The notes: generated by a model not told the origin, from the sequence alone. A DNA stretch of 64,000 nt from Auanema rhodensis (GCA_964057225.1 OZ059897.1:15066001-15130000); one strand, 5' to 3'. Shown: positions 38,034-54,290, numbered from the stretch's first letter. Made by a program: numbers and translations.

Positions 38034-41000
38034 TAAAAAAATAATCAAAATCTACTTGTCATACTTTTCAGTTCAAGTTGATTGCTATCCAATAGATCCT
38101 GCTATCTTCTTGTCTTGTGATCATGTTCTTATCTCCTCTTTTTCAATTTTTTTCTTCGCACTCAAACCATTTTCAAATCTTAATAGCCGTAAATCTGAAT
38201 TCTTTAAAAATTGCAGAGATCATATAAGTTTTCAAAGATAACAAGCAGTTGTATTCACCATTTTCATGAATGTTTTGATTTTTTAAAGTACAGGTAACAT
38301 ACAGATTGCCTTGTTGTCTTCAAATTTGCATCTCTTTTCCTCTAACCAATAATAACTATATCTTTCATCATTTTCTATAAATCGGAAGAAGGTTCATTGA
38401 ATGTTTTCTGTTTTTCATATTTCATATAACGATCTTTTGAAATCTTTCCTATTTCATCAGCAATTCTCCTTCTTCCCATCATTCTGAAGTTCATTTCTTA
38501 TAGTCTACAGCATTTTTTGTCGCTTTTTAGACATTTTCTGTTATTGTTAAGACTTCGGAGACAGATGGGATATCAATAGACAATAGCTAATCCATTCATC
38601 TTTCAAATCTAAGTACCCCCTATGTCTTGCAGTAGATCTCCCATCTTTCTACTTGACTGCCACTTCTTTTGTAGTAAATGCCCAAGCTACTCGATTCGCT
38701 TTAAACTTCCATAGTTTGAATTTTCTCGTCATGTCTACTTGTCATGAGCTTTTTCTGTCGATTCCATGATGAATTCACAACGGACCAACTAAACTGAACA
38801 CCATCGTAGTTGTTCGTCCAAGTCGCCCTCGTGCAGTTTTTCCGTTCTTGCTTCAAATTCAGCTGAAGAGCTTGTCAGGCAAGAATGATGTGAACGATGC
38901 TGGAAAGAAAGACGCAGAGATTTATTTCAAATATATAAACAAGCTACTCATAGAAAGCAAGAGTTTTCTATTTATTTATAATTTTAACAAAAATGTGTTG
39001 GATGTTTGTTGTACGATTCTATAACTTTGAACATGAGTTATTTCCTAAATGTCTCGTTTTTTTTCTTTTTTTGTCGTCCAAAAGGTCTTGGTAATTCTTA
39101 TTTTTCTTAAATTTTGAAATTATATGTTTGTAAAATCTATAGAAATATCATATACAAAATGTTTTCGTTATATTTGCCTCATCAAGATTCAGAATGTTTT
39201 TCAACACTTTTGACTGGTTTTATACTTATTTTTATAATTTTATCTATTCAATTTCTTCTCAATTTTCTTTTTTTTTCTTAATATTATTTTTCTAATAAAA
39301 ATAATATTTATTGGAAACATGCCAAATTCTCATTTATAGGTATCATGTACTGTTTTGAAAAGCCAAACGAATAGTTTAACTTAAATGCTCATTTTTCTTA
39401 TTTTACTCTATCTTGTCATATTTCTCTTTTCTCTTTCTCTCTTCCTCTCTCTCTCTTTCTCTCCCTCTTTCCCTCTTTCTCTCTGTCTCTCTCTCTGTTA
39501 CATAGACACACACAGACACTTTCATCTCAATTTCTCTCTTCATCTTTCAACGAACAATATGTTATTGGGAAAGTTATATAGAAATTTTGGCAAACTATTG
39601 AACAAAAAAAAATTTCCAGAGTTCATTGGTTGCATCTCTTCTCACTTTCGTTTTCTGTTTATTTTGCCTGAAAATGCTGAATGTAAATGTAAAAAAAGAA
39701 GGATAACTACGTTATTTCATCATCATAATATCATATATATATATTATATATTATATACAATTTATAATATATCTTTTTTTTTAATATAATTATTAAATAT
39801 TTTATTAGTTTAATAATAATATATATTATTATTATTATTATTTTATTTAGAAAAAATGTTTTATTAAGGTTTTTGACACTTGACTTGAATATCTCAATGA
39901 CGATATGTCAAAGTAGTGTCACGTATATTTCTTTTTTTTTTCCAACTGATGTGATACTTGAGATGAAAGATATTCATTTAGCTTTCTTCTCATATTAAAA
40001 TATTTTAGTTATCATTATTCAAAGATATATAATTATTCTATATATATATATAGAATATTCAAATTATATATATTTTTTTAAAAAACTTCAAAATATTATT
40101 GAAAATCATTAATAGAATCTCTATGATTTTCTATAACTAACACGTTTTACATACAATAAGACTTCATCAGCATCATCATCATCATCATCAAACTCTTCCG
40201 TTATATTCATTCTCTTCTTTCCCATTGCTTTATTTACTTTATAATTCTGCCTAGCAGTCGAAAACTTTTTTTTTGTATTTCATTGTATTGTCTATACACA
40301 TTAGAGAAAAGGTTTTTTTCTTCTTTTGAATATATATATATAGATATTTAACTATACGTATAGTTTAAATATTTTAATTATTCAAATTCTTGATAATATT
40401 TTATTTTTATTAAATAAAATAATAAAATATTATATATTATTATTTCTCATTTTCTCTCATAATATCTGTTTCAAATATAAAATATAAAAGTAATTTTCCA
40501 CACTTTTGAAATCAAATATGTTGCAGTCTGAATATGTATATGCTAGTCAGTCACATTCTTTGCAATATTATTACAAAATCAAAAATAATTTTTTTTTTCT
40601 TTTTTGGAATTAAATATTCTTCATAACCTTCTAAAATGATTTGTTAATTGATAATTCATTTTTATATAAAATTCAATTTTTTTTTCAAATTATTCAACTA
40701 TTTCTCTATCTGTTATGCCTTTTTTTGCATTTTTTTTGATATTAATGTTGATGAAGATGTCAATGCTATTACTTGTCATCTTATTGTCAGCTGGACCGTT
40801 AAAACCTTCACCTCATTCTATAATATCATCATGTTACTACTACTGTATGACTTCCGACTTTTTGAATTTTTTAGAAAAATAAAATGACCTTCAGTCATTA
40901 CAAGTATAACTAAAAACTTTTAACCTTTGAACTATTTTCCTTTGAACATTCAAATGTTTTGTCTTTTAAACTTTTTTTTAAAAATAAATATTTTTATTTA

Positions 41001-42701
41001 TATAATATGTAAATCAATCGATATTTTCTTTATATTTATATAGTTATAATAATAATAAACTTGATAATCTTACTACTTATTCTAATAGTCAGTTGTTCTT
41101 CATCATCCATTAATTCAGATTCACATATTCGATTTAGATTTCTTTCTCTAGATACCACACATGTTCTTTCTCATTCTTTTCGTATTTCTATTAACTTCTT
41201 ATGAACATCATATGTTATTTCTTTTCTTCTTAATAGTATTCTTCTTCTTCTTCTTCTTTAACTCTTTTAATTCTTCTTTTCAGTTCATTTATGTTTTCAA
41301 CATTTGTTTCTTTCAATTTACTATATTTTTTATCATTTTCAGCTCTCTCTTTCTCTCAAAAAAAAGTTTTGAAACTTCTCATAATGACGACAAAGCTCTC
41401 CCCTCTCTTCCAACATTCCTTTTGCAGCTTCCATGATCTTCTCTTTTCACAAACTTTTAATTATTTTCGAGAAAATTTTTTCTCCAAATTAAATAAATGC
41501 AGTAACAGAGGTAGAATAGACTCTAATGCATATAGCCGTTGCTAATCTAACTATATATGTATATGTATGTATGATTCAAATATATATATTTTTTTCAAAT
41601 ATTATTATAAAAAATGTATCCATTGAGACTTCTTTTTTAAATTTTTTTCGCCTTTTCTTTCCTTTTTCTAGAGTTTTCAGTGCATTCTTTAGTGCAGCTT
41701 CTATTGTGTTCACTATTCATATTCTGATCATTCTTATTCTATTTCGATATTCCAATTTTCGTTGTCTAAAAAGAGAAAAATATCGTTTTTGAAAACAATT
41801 TTCCTATTTCTATCTTATGCAATCTTCTTTTTTTCTATCTAGATATATATATATATATATTCTTATCCTATTTCTCTTTTCATCATCTACCTCCTACATT
41901 TTCCTCTTTTCTTTCTCTTGTCTGTCCTCTTCTTTTCATTTTTTCTATCACATTTTGTTAAATTTCTTGTCAAAACCTTACCTTTAAACATCAGAAGAAA
42001 AGGAAAAAAAAGTATTTCTTGTACTTTAAACTTTGTCTTAAAGTTATTTATATATTATATAAAATATATGTATATTAACTTTTATATCTTTATTTTCTTC
42101 AAAGATCTCCTTCTCTCTCTCTTTTTTTTTTCTTTTTTTTACAATGTCATTCTACTTTTCTATCTTTCTCTCTACTAAAGGAAACGAACTACAACTAAAG
42201 TAGAAGCTTAAACGTATTGGAATAAGAAAAAGCTCATGGGTGCATGCCCTCAGGCAATGTGTATGGGTGTGCGAATTTGTCAGTCTAACTGCAAACCCGA
42301 GATATATCCATTTCTGGTCCCACCTTATACTCAACATTTCTTTGAATTTTCTTTTAATTTCTGATCTTTATTCATATACTCATAATATATGTTGACAATT
42401 TTCAAATTTCTTTAAAGATATCTATATGTACATGTATGTATCTACATTCGTATTTCTTTCTTTTCTTTCAATTTGCATCATAATCATGCAAATGCATGTT
42501 TCTTTCTTTATTTCATCAGTTAGTTATTCGTCGTTATGATCAACTAAATTTATATACATAAAGCAATAACTTTATATTATAAAATATAGATCTATTATAT
42601 AAAATATTTAATGACAAATGTTTCATACTACGCTTGTCATCACTTGTCAAGAACTCTATGAACTTCATATATCTCTCTTTGGTGTCAAATTATTCTCTCT
42701 T

Positions 42702-42736
<35 letters not shown>

Positions 42737-45533
42737 CTTTCTCTCTCTCCCTTTCTCCCTCTCTCTCTCCCTCTCTCTCTATTTCAACAACTTGTTTTCA
42801 TTTTCAAATATGCTAATCTTTTCACGCACTATTTCATTAACCAATTAGCTCAGGCAAATACATATTGTTATAAAGTACATGGAGAAGCACCTGCATTTTC
42901 ATTAACTTTTTTTTGTTGTAATTTCTTTTATAAAATTTCAAGTTTAATTTTTAAAAAAACATTTTCAAGTTTTTTAACTATAACTTATTGTATAAACAAC
43001 ATTTCATTAAAGACAATACTTTCTTTTTCTTCTTTTTTTTTCATTTATTTTTAATTTAATGATGTAAGTAAGTATGCATGTTGTGGCTAATTTTTTCTTT
43101 AATTTGTTAATACATGCAAATTATATGAAGTTGTCATTCAATATATTGATCATTTACTTTCAATGTTCATAAGAGTTTATGCTTGATTACTTTCAATAAG
43201 TAAAAAGGTTGAATTGATCAAGTTTCTATACTATTCATATATAATATCATGCAAATTTATAAAAAAAAACTTCGTTATTTGACATAATCCAATATCTTAT
43301 CTTGCTCTTTTTTCCAAAAAAAGCAAATTAATTTTCGTATGTAGTTAGTAATATCTAAACTTGTTGAAAACAGCTGATACTTCTGTCTCGATTAAATTGA
43401 TCATTGCTATGAGTTAGCTAGTTAAATGCAAAATTATCTGCAAATCAGATTGCTTCTAGTCTGACAATCGAAAGCAACGATGTGATATTAAGACTTTCAA
43501 TGCATATCCTTTCTCAGTTTCAAGCAATCATTAAACTAATTGACAACAGATTATCTAGTTCTTTGGTCTCTTTTCACGTCATGATCTCCAACTAACTGAG
43601 TGAAGTTTTTCGAAAAAGTTACATTTCTCTTTATATAAATATAATTGAGAATATCCGCAATATCATCTATCTATATATATATATTACATCTAATAGGATA
43701 ATTCAAATAGTATGAAAACAATATATTTTAAAATTAAATTATCTTGGAAACTATCCAACAAACTAAAAATATTTTAAATTCACAATGACTTTTGCCTTTT
43801 AAAGTAGGGCAAAAGCTGAAATTTCAATGATCACTGAGGGTAGTTTTTATGTATCTTCCTATGCATTTTCTGTCAACATACATACATACATACAACACAG
43901 AACAGGAGCGACCTTCAATCATATAATCGTTGTTGTGCCATTGATTTCTTTATGCCATTTTCCTCTCTTTTCGCAATTTTGAAAAAAATTTCATTTTCTC
44001 TTTTTCCTTCAAAAAAAAATTTTCTTTTTTCTTTTTCAAACCATTTGCTTATAAAGAATTTTGAGCAAATCGTAAGATGAAAATCTTTACATCAACATGA
44101 TTGAATAGACAAAATCTGTACCAGTGTTGTCACATATCATATTACAGTCCTACGAATAGGGGAGAAGTGCAGGTAAGCATTGGAACGACCACGATGTGTT
44201 CACTTCTTTTCTAAGTACCACGTTGCGGAACTCAATTTCCATCTTACTTGTGTAATAGATTCTTTGATATTCGAAGTTTGAAGTTACCTCTCCTTGTTCT
44301 TCTATGTTTCTTACTCAACTACTCAGCCTTTTCCAGCATATATGGCAACCAATTTTCATGTCTTTACATGTTTCTTCTCCTCTTTCAGCCTTGACAAGAA
44401 GGTTCGGCATAAACAAATTGTTTTGTCGTTCATTCATTTATTACTATTTCTTTTTTTTCTTTTACTATTTTATTGATTCTATTTAATTGATTTTCTTTAT
44501 AAAATATATTATTTATTTATTTAAAGTACGCAAATTATAGATTAGATATTTTTTGTAAAAATACTATATATAATAATATTCAATAATATTTCTTATAATT
44601 AAAATAATTTATATTATAAACATATAAATCTATTATATTTTTTATTATTCTTCTCTCTTTACCTTCATTATTTCTTAATTTTTTTCATATTTAATTGTAT
44701 CATGCATTGCTAAGTTATTCTACTATTACTATTACCTTTTTACGGAAAAAATTACACGACTAGTATCCTTTTTTTTTTGGTTTTTCCTTTCACTTTCTCA
44801 CCGATGAATACCATTGGTAACAATGCTTTGTTAAGTTCCACTTTTTAAGTTCTAACATCACTTAATATGAAGAAAAATGCTGAGGAGGGGGGAAGAGGAG
44901 AAATCCCGTCTTCAATCTTCCTCCGTTTGTCCTCAGCCTTGCATTCTCCTTCCTCTATTATCTCTATTGTCAATGTATCTCAGAGAATCTGTAATTCAAT
45001 TGTTTTTTTTTCGCATACGGACGCTATTTGTAATATTTCTCGTTGGTTTTTGTCATCGCTGTCCCTAACTGACATTGTGGGAGAACGATATTCTATCTCT
45101 GGCCTTGTTTCCCTCCACTGTTTCATCTACAATTGAGAGAATGAATACTAAAGATGCTGGAAAAGAAACAAAAAAAAAACGAAACAAACGGCAAACAGAT
45201 TAATGGAGATTTTCAATCAACTCTTTCGATCTATCTATATCTCCCTCTTTCTCTTTCTTCTTCAATCTCTCTCTCTCTCTCTCTCTCTCCTCTGCACCAA
45301 ATTATCCCACGCCTAGTATACTTTTCTTGTGAATATTGTCGGAAAATGGTCATCGTGTAGATTGCATTTAGTCGTTTCTTCTCTTCTTTCCTTCTGTTAT
45401 TCTGTATAACTTGTGTTCTTTCTTTGAATTTTTGTCGTTTATATGATGAAATTAACAGTGTGTGTCTTCAGGAACATCTGCTCTCCCTATGCCATGGAAA
45501 AATCTCAAACATCAGTTAACGTATGCTCTATCT

Positions 45534-45633
<100 letters not shown>

Positions 45634-48021
45634 TTTCTCATTTTTTTCTGACGAAAAAGGTCTTTTGTATTTCCTTTTCTGTTTCTAACTGTGACATCCA
45701 GTCCAAACTTTATTGTTTTTCGGAAACGATGTCCGATGAGTGGCATGCTCATTAGAAATTCCTTGTTTTTCAGTTAAATATCCTACTGTTCATGACAAAT
45801 TGATTCATATTTTTATACTTCATATAGCTTTTAGTCTTTAAACAGCTTCGATTTGATTAGTATTTTCATATATATAATATGGAAACTGTCACTTAAGTAA
45901 GTAGTACTCTAAGAATATGTCACAGAAATGACTGAAAAATGAAGACTCTAGATTAAAAAAGTGAAAATAAGACGATTAGAGATTACATTTTCTGCATTTT
46001 TTCATACTTCTACATTCATTCATTGGTTTTTTGAGTTGTTACATAGTTCTCTTCTTTTTTTTTTCCCCTTTTTTCTGCTCTCATTGAATCATCTTCTCAC
46101 TGGGTCTTCATTGAAAATCCATTTAAATTAGTAGAATTTCAATTGAATTAATAAAGTTTATTTAAGGCTAATGATGCAATTTTTCTTTTTTTTCCTGTTT
46201 ATTTTTATTGCTTACAATCTCAAAAAATGTTCAATTATCTATCTTATGTTCTCATGCTTCAACTTGTCACAGCATGACCATTTATGGAAATGTGCTTCTA
46301 GGGTCTTGAATGGCTTCCGTTCTTATCTCAGATCAAATAAGACAGAAGCCAGAAAAGTGAAGTGGAGTATGTGGGAGTTTAGAGATTGGGAGAGAAAGAG
46401 AGCGAGAGAGAAAGCATGAGAGAGAAAGAGGAAGAAAAGGATCAGAACCAACAAACAGAAATAAATGTTTCGAAGTAATGAACGGAAACAGACGGAAAGC
46501 CAGAAGTACTTAGTACTAGCATGTCTGCTTTCCTAAAAGCCTACGGCCGACATGCTTTTACCCTGAGGCAGCTCCATTAACAGCGGATTATTAGTCTTCC
46601 TTTCTATATTTTTTCATATTTTAACTATTTGTATTCGAAGAATAGTTATATTTTGTAATCTTCAACTGTTTAAATGACCAGAAAACACACAATCAGCCAC
46701 TTCACGGCTTATATTTCATCATGAAGATGTTGAACTGTTCAGATAGAAGTAGTAGTCGACCAGAATATTGTACATTAGTCATGATGTACAAATGTAAGAA
46801 TAAAGGAAGATAGTAAAGTTAAATATATTTCTATATTTAACGATATTTGTTGATTTTCATTTACATTTTATTATGCAATTTATTCTGCATCTATCTCTTC
46901 ATCACTCGCTCTCTCTCTCTCTCTTTTTCCTTCTCTCCTTTTCCCTTGCTCTCCTTTTTGGAGGGAAATTGTTTCATCATTCGACTTCCTGCTTCATCTC
47001 TTCTTCTTTCTCGTCTTCTATTTCTTCTGCTACACCATTATTCGTTCTGTCGTATTCTTGTTTCTCTATTTTAACTTTAGTTTTTCCTATTTTCTCTACA
47101 TTCTTTTTCGTTCGTTTGTTTTGATGTTAGATTGTCGGTGTCCCTGTCGGCAAAGTGAACAAAGCTGCTCAAGTTGCCAAGTGTTCAGTTCAGCCTGTCT
47201 TCAGTCGGTTCAGCATTTTCCTTTCAAAGCCTCAGCGAACTTCAACTAGCTACTTGGGCAACTTAGCCGCAATTTCCCTATTCAGCTCCTATAATTATGC
47301 TTTCCTCAAAAGTTGCACTCACTCTACTATATTCATCTATTCCTATTTATATGTAAATAATTATTTCAATAAGTTTCTGATCAAATAAAGCCAAAAATTA
47401 ATTATTAATCACTTTAATTTTTTTTTATTTGAACTAATTCTACGTATCATATTGTATCGTTGACTTTTGCCTTTGAAGTCATTTTTTCCATCCATGAAAT
47501 CTATATTGTTTCTAATAATTTTTATGAAGAAACATGAGAATATACATATGGTATATTCATTTTCTTTTGAAAAATACCGTCGTAATTTTTATTTTTGTTA
47601 ATAAAAACAGGTAAAGTAAAATATACTATAAATGGACAAAGAAAACATTAAAATGACTTGTTCTTTGGAGGGGCAGAGAACAAGCTAAAGATGGAGACTT
47701 GGACAGACTTGCTCATGAATAATAAGCCGACCAATGAAATTTTTCCTGCTTCTTTCCACCTCACAACAAAAGGAGAGCAGGCTGTAGTTTAGGTTTAAAC
47801 CTCGTCTTATACTTCAGCTGTTCTGTGGTTTCTCTCCTCAATTTTCATTCCCTTTTCTGTGCCTTTCTCCCTAACTCTCTTTTATCTATCTTTCTATCTA
47901 AGCTTTATACGATTGTTGAAAATTCATTGGCCAAGTATAGGCCAAATGTGTGTGTGTGTGTTAGCTTCATTCATCTGTCGTCGTATAAGTTGTTCTACTA
48001 CTATGCTAATTCCCTCCCTCG

Positions 48022-48081
<60 letters not shown>

Positions 48082-48108
48082 ATCTATCTATCTATATATA
48101 TATATCTC
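48022..48108. repeat. (CT)n followed by (TATC)/(TA)n compound microsatellite
   Basis: Direct reading. Confidence 0.9.
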
Positions 48109-51100
48109 TATCTTGAAATTCATTTCACTAAGTTCGTTCTTTATTTTTAGTTTTCCCGTATTTGTTGTTGTTTTTCTTTCTGTTTTAAGCTTTTTATCCT
48201 TTCTTTCTCTATGAAAAGCATTATATTTTATATTTCTTATATGTGTTTTGTCTTCAGTTGTATTTAACTTTAGTTTACATGCTTCAAACTTCTCATCTCT
48301 GTCTCTTTAGCTGTCAAATAATCAAAAAAAAAGAGAATTTCATTAAAATAACCATAAAACTCTTTTTAATTTTTGACGTTTAGTCAATAATAGTAGACAT
48401 GAATAAACTAGAAGTAGAATAAACAGTCAAAAGCTTTACAGAAAATGTTTATTTTCAGCTTTAGAGCTTGTATGATTATGAGGAAGCTTATAAATAATAA
48501 ACGACTTTTTACTATTAATTTTATTGTCTCAATCTGATTTTTGTAATTTTTTCCTCCATTATCTTACATATTTATAATTTTATTATTTTTATTTTTATTT
48601 TAACTTAAATTGCTGCAACTTTTTGAAAAATACATTCTGAACTCTTTATATGGAAACAAATAATATTCTAATTTATTGATTGATTTTAATTATTTTTGTT
48701 GAAGTTTAGTTGGTCTCTAAGGTAGTTTTCAATTTTTTTTTCTATTATTTGATCAAACAATCTCTACATCCATTACTTTTTATTATTTTTACTCTTTCAC
48801 ATTCTTACCAGCTTTTAGTTTCTTTCAAAGTTTTTTTTTGTTAGTAGAACATTATTGTCTCATTATTATTTGATGTTTTTATGATGTTGAAAAAACATTC
48901 TATCTGATCTAAAATTATTACAATTTTTTTATATTTTATTTATATATATATATATCTTTTCAATTAAAACAAATATTATATAATGATAATTATACTTATT
49001 CATACAATCTTTTACTTATAACCCTATTACTTATTATTCACAATGTGAGATTTTTGTTTTTTTTCTTCGTTCAAACTGAAAGCTTGTGCAGTTTTCTTAT
49101 TTCAATTGATGTTTTCATCGTCTTCTTTCTGTACTACTTCTACTTTTACTTCTACTTTTTCTTCTTCTTCTTCTTCTTTTTCTTCTTCTTTCCTCTTTTC
49201 ATTCTTCATCGTCGTCTTCTTCTTCGTTTCTTATTCGGCAGTGCTTCTTCTCTGCGCTTATCCTTCTGTTCTCTGAAGACATTCCCGAGGGGAAGAAATG
49301 GCTGATGCGAAAAGAAGAATTGAACGACGACGACAACGATGAGAAGTTGAAGAATTTCCTAGTCAGCTAGCTAGTTTTTCGCTTCACACATACATATCTA
49401 CTGCTTCTATTTTCATTTTTGTTAGTTTACTTCAATCTGTTTCTACATATTCAACTTATTCCGCTTCACCACCAGCTCATATTATGATTTTCTGTTCTCG
49501 AAGTTTCAGAGTTCTATTTTTCTCTTCAACAACAACCTTATACGCATATAGATACATGCTAAATTTTATGCTGCTAAAGCTGCTTGACAATTTATCCGTT
49601 AGTAGAGTATGTATACATATTTCCAACTATGCATGTAATATAGTTTTTTTTTTCAACTCAAAATTCCTACTATAAATGTCATTTTCATATTTTTTGCTTT
49701 TTCGTATAATATTATCAACTTGTATAGTTTATTCAAATAATATTATATATATACAATAATAAGTGATAAACTTATTGACAATTTATAAGAAATAATTTTT
49801 TAATTTATAATTGAAAATAATTATTATTCTATTTCTATTTCTATATATATATTCTTTAAAGTTTACTACTAACTATAACAGTATACATATACATTTATAT
49901 ATACTATATATACTATATAATCCGAATAAACTATACAACTTATTTCTTTATACAAAATCTATTTTTACTTTCTTTTTTTTTTCAAATTTCATATCACTAT
50001 TTCTATAGAAGCTTATATGGTTTTTACTAAAAAAAATCTGAAACAATCACCTTTATTCAGGTTTTTTTCGATAGTTGTCAATCATCTATTGCTCAAGAAA
50101 ATGTACAATGTTTTCATTCATCTGATTGTCTTTTCTTACATCTGAAGCTCCAGACGTAAAAATTCCTTTTTCTTTTTTTTTTTTTCAAATTTGTGTCCCT
50201 CTTATAATTCTCTTCACAATCTGCATGCATGTAGTAGTGTTCATTCTAATATTTTCATCCTCTTCATCCGTTTTGTTTGAATGTTTGAATATGTAAACAG
50301 GCTGATGAACAGAAAAAAAACGAAAATGATGGAAGAAGGGTAAGACGGATGAACTACGAACCATGAATTCAATTGTTCATCTATACATCATCTATATTAA
50401 GATTTTGATATCTATTTTTTCTTTATCTCTATAAATATACAATCTTGTATGTTTTTTTTTGTTGGCAAAATTTTGAATTAAATCGATAAATCTGATATTC
50501 TTATGCAATTTAGCGAAAAATCTTATTTAATTCTCACTAAATTCTCTTCGGAAAAGCGTACTAACAGAGCGAACTGAACGAGAAAAGAGAGAATAAACCG
50601 TCATTATATGGCTTTTCTATGTTAACAAGGGTACCTGTAAAATAGATGATTCATTGAATATATTTGTTTATTTCTTCTTTTATACAAAGAGAAAAATGGC
50701 ATTTGTGCCAATATTCAATTTGTATATATACACATATACATGTTTCAACTTGTAATTTGTTTTGTTTTCATGTTCTTCCTTTTTCATGTAAATGTATTCG
50801 TGATAATAGTCAGAAGCAAGGATTGAAACTCTCTCTCTTTCTCCCTTTCTCTTTCCCTATCTCTCTTCATATCTATATATTACTCTCTCTCTCTCTCTCT
50901 CTCTCTTCGTTCGTACCTCTACTATATATATTCTCTCTTCACCATTTTTTTTTCGTTTTCTTTCTCTTCTTCCTAATGAAGGCATTCGTCGTCGCCATTC
51001 ATTTTCGCTTCGCACGATATTCGCTTTACTCTCCACTGGCAATCATCCATAGCATTCTTCTATCTTAACGCTTCAACCAATTTCACAGACATCTAACGGA

Positions 51101-53207
51101 CGTTGTTGCAGTTAGCAATGTATTTTGAGAATAAAAAATAATATTTTTGAAATATAGATGATCTTGATCAATATCAAAAATTGTTTTTTCTGCTTCTTAT
51201 TCTATTATATGATTGTATTGTATTCAAAGATGAATTATTTAGTTTTTACTTCATCAAACAGTCAATTTTCTTTTTATCAAATGGCTTCTTTTCAATTCTT
51301 TTTTTTTCTTTTTGAACTTTAATGAACATAAGCTTAAATGTTTTTTTAATCATTTTTCAGCCTTAAATTTTGATTTGTTTCTATCTCTTCCTCGTTTTGT
51401 CATTCTCTTTTTATGTTTCACCCCCCCCCCCCCCCCCCTTTGTATACCTTTTGATATTGACATCTCACCATCATTGACTTTGATGTCATGTGTTTTAATA
51501 TTCTATAATCTATCTAAAATTTATTATATATATCTTCTTAACTAGATATTTCTTTTTATTTAATTCTAATTTTCATTATTAATTCTATTATGTGTACTAA
51601 CATTTCCTTTTATTTTTCTTTCTTTTTTTTCTAATATTTTTTATTTTAATTTTGTAAATTATATTTTTAAATAAGACAGTATTCAATAATATTTTATACA
51701 ATATCTAATCAATTTATTCTTTCTTTCTTTCCTTATTTTCATGTCTTCATCTAATGAATGTGTGTCTTCATCTTCAATTTGTATTGTTCTCTTAATGATT
51801 CCAAATGCCACTACTTATTATGAGCAGATTAGCTTCAAGTAATTGATTCCTTGATTATTTCGTTTTTCTATCCGCTTGTTTTTCCTTTTTTTTCTCGATT
51901 AAACTATAAGTAAAATACTATTTTTTATTTTTATTATTATATTTTAAATAAATATTGATTTATTTCTAATTAATCAATACTTAATTTTTAAAAAAAAATA
52001 TTTATTATATAAATAAATATTTTTTTAGATTAACGTATACTATCTTATTTCAAATATATTTTTTATTATTTTGATTTATTAATATATAAACTGTATATTT
52101 CTATATAGTAATATAATATCTAATAATTCAATATAATTATAATATTCTTAGGTTATTATAAGATTTAAATATCTTTTACTTTTAGGTTTATTCTCTTTCT
52201 AATTTTCTCTCTTTCTCTTATTCTCTTTTCATCTTTTCTCTCTTTGTCATACCACTTAAACTGCTCTTGTCCTAATTAGAAAACAGACCACCACCACCAC
52301 CACCACCAACTACTACCAACATCATCAACACACATGCAGATTCAGAAAGGCTGAATCTCGATCAAGCCTTATGCTCCATATCCTTGTTCTCATTCTCTCC
52401 CTCCTTCTCTCTTTTCCTTTTTCTCTCGTTCTCTCCCTCTATATCTGTCTTATTTTCTTCTCTCACTTTCTCTCTCATTCCCTTGTGGGGTACTTGAAAC
52501 CATAAATGGTTATTCGTTCATATCAGATTGTTGTGCCTTAAGCTAAGCTACATCTTCAAATTTTAAACATTTTTCCATCTGTGTAAATCTTTTTATTTTC
52601 GTTATCTACATGTTTTTAGTATTTTCAACAATAGTTCTTAAATTTTTGTTTCGTTGCTTATTTCTAAATGTTGAGCTATTCAATCAAATGTTGTACCATA
52701 TATAGATTTTCAATTGAAATTAACTAAATATCTTATGTTTTCATTTCATTTGCCCTTTTTTGGACTTATTTCTTTCTTTTCTTATCAATTTTTTGTTCGT
52801 TTATATATTTTGTAATAGTTAATTCTGTTATATTTTGTCTTTAATTTATTTGATTTGTTCTTCTTCTTCTTTTTCTTTTTTTTTCTTAATTGTTATTGGA
52901 ATTCTATCAAATATTTATTATAGCTTTTTTCAGCGATTATTGAAGAAAGTAGAAACAGATTAAAATGGAATACTATATATATCTCTTCACTTCATCAATA
53001 TATTTGAAAGATGTTTCTCTTGTAAATCAATTGGGAATTGGCTGCTCTTTTTTAGAAAAGTAAATTATAAGCTTTTGTTTCTTCTGCTTTTCGATTTTCA
53101 ATATATTCAATAACATTGCTATTTCATCATATGTTATAAGCAAGAGTTTAGCTGAGTATACATCTCTATATGTGGATGAGATAGATCTCTGTTTCTTTCT
53201 CTCTCCC

Positions 53208-53210
<3 letters not shown>

Positions 53211-53267
<57 letters not shown>
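53211..53267. repeat. (CT)n microsatellite
   Basis: Direct reading. Confidence 0.9.
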
Positions 53268-53269
<2 letters not shown>

Positions 53270-54235
53270 CTTTTTCGATAACACATACACACACAAGGGA
53301 TATCTCTGTTCTCTCTAGATAGAAACGATGAATGCAGTTGAATGAGCTTGAACAGTACAAAGAAGAGGAAGAAACTAACTAGAGATGGATGAATAAAGAA
53401 GTTGAAAAGATTAAGAGAGACTAAATGAGTAAGTAAGTGAATGAACGAGAACGAGAGAGAAAAGAGAGAGAAATAAAAAGAACGAGAGAGTAAGAAAATA
53501 AAGTAAAATTGTAAGATAACTAGAGAATAAAAGACAAATTATGGTGTAGTAGATTTTTTTGTCCGCAAAATTTTTCTAATGCTCTATTTCTTTATTTTTT
53601 ACTATTTTTACACAAATCCTTTGATTTTTACGTCTTCTTAACTTCTTCCAGATAAGTATGCAGTATGAAATCTTGAAAAAAAAACTACGCTTAGCACAAG
53701 AACTGCAGCTTCTCTTCTTATAATCTGAAGAGACAAATTCGAACTAGTTAAGTATACTGGGCTCTATTCATTTCTTTATTTGGAGTCCCCTATGTGTATG
53801 TGTGTGGCTGCGTGTGTATATGTGCTCCATCCATGTCACCCTCATTCCATTTTCCTTTTTCTCTTCTTTTCATTCGATCATTCATTTTCTCTCCTTGCTC
53901 CTCATAGGAATTCGCATAATTCACGATTCTCGCACAAGAGAAGAAGCTCAGCTCCTTTCATTCATCCACGTATACTCAACAGATTTAGAACGTTCTTCTA
54001 GCAGTATAACATATACATTACTATATGAAATGATCTTCAATTTACTAGTGTGATTGAATATCAGCTAAGGTTTTGTAATCGAAACCGCCATTCGAGAATG
54101 AAGTTGTCGATGTTCGAACTAATGTCACTTTAGAGTCTTTCTTTCTCGTTCTCTATCTCTCCAGTTCATTCACAACACATGCACACATACACACTTTCTC
54201 TCTCATTCATTTTCCTACCTCTTATTTTCTCTCAT

Positions 54236-54236
<1 letters not shown>

Positions 54237-54290
<54 letters not shown>
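54237..54290. repeat. (CT)n microsatellite
   Basis: Direct reading. Confidence 0.9.

Noticed and set aside
38765-38870. C/D snoRNA candidate (ATGATGA..CTGA, with ACCAACTAA resembling 18S antisense)
   Set aside because: The guide is only 9 nt, there is no terminal stem, and no convincing C' box.
44085-44178. Strong CAG|GTAAGC donor suggesting a coding exon
   Set aside because: The upstream ATG frames hit stops; at most a non-coding exon, which I cannot support.
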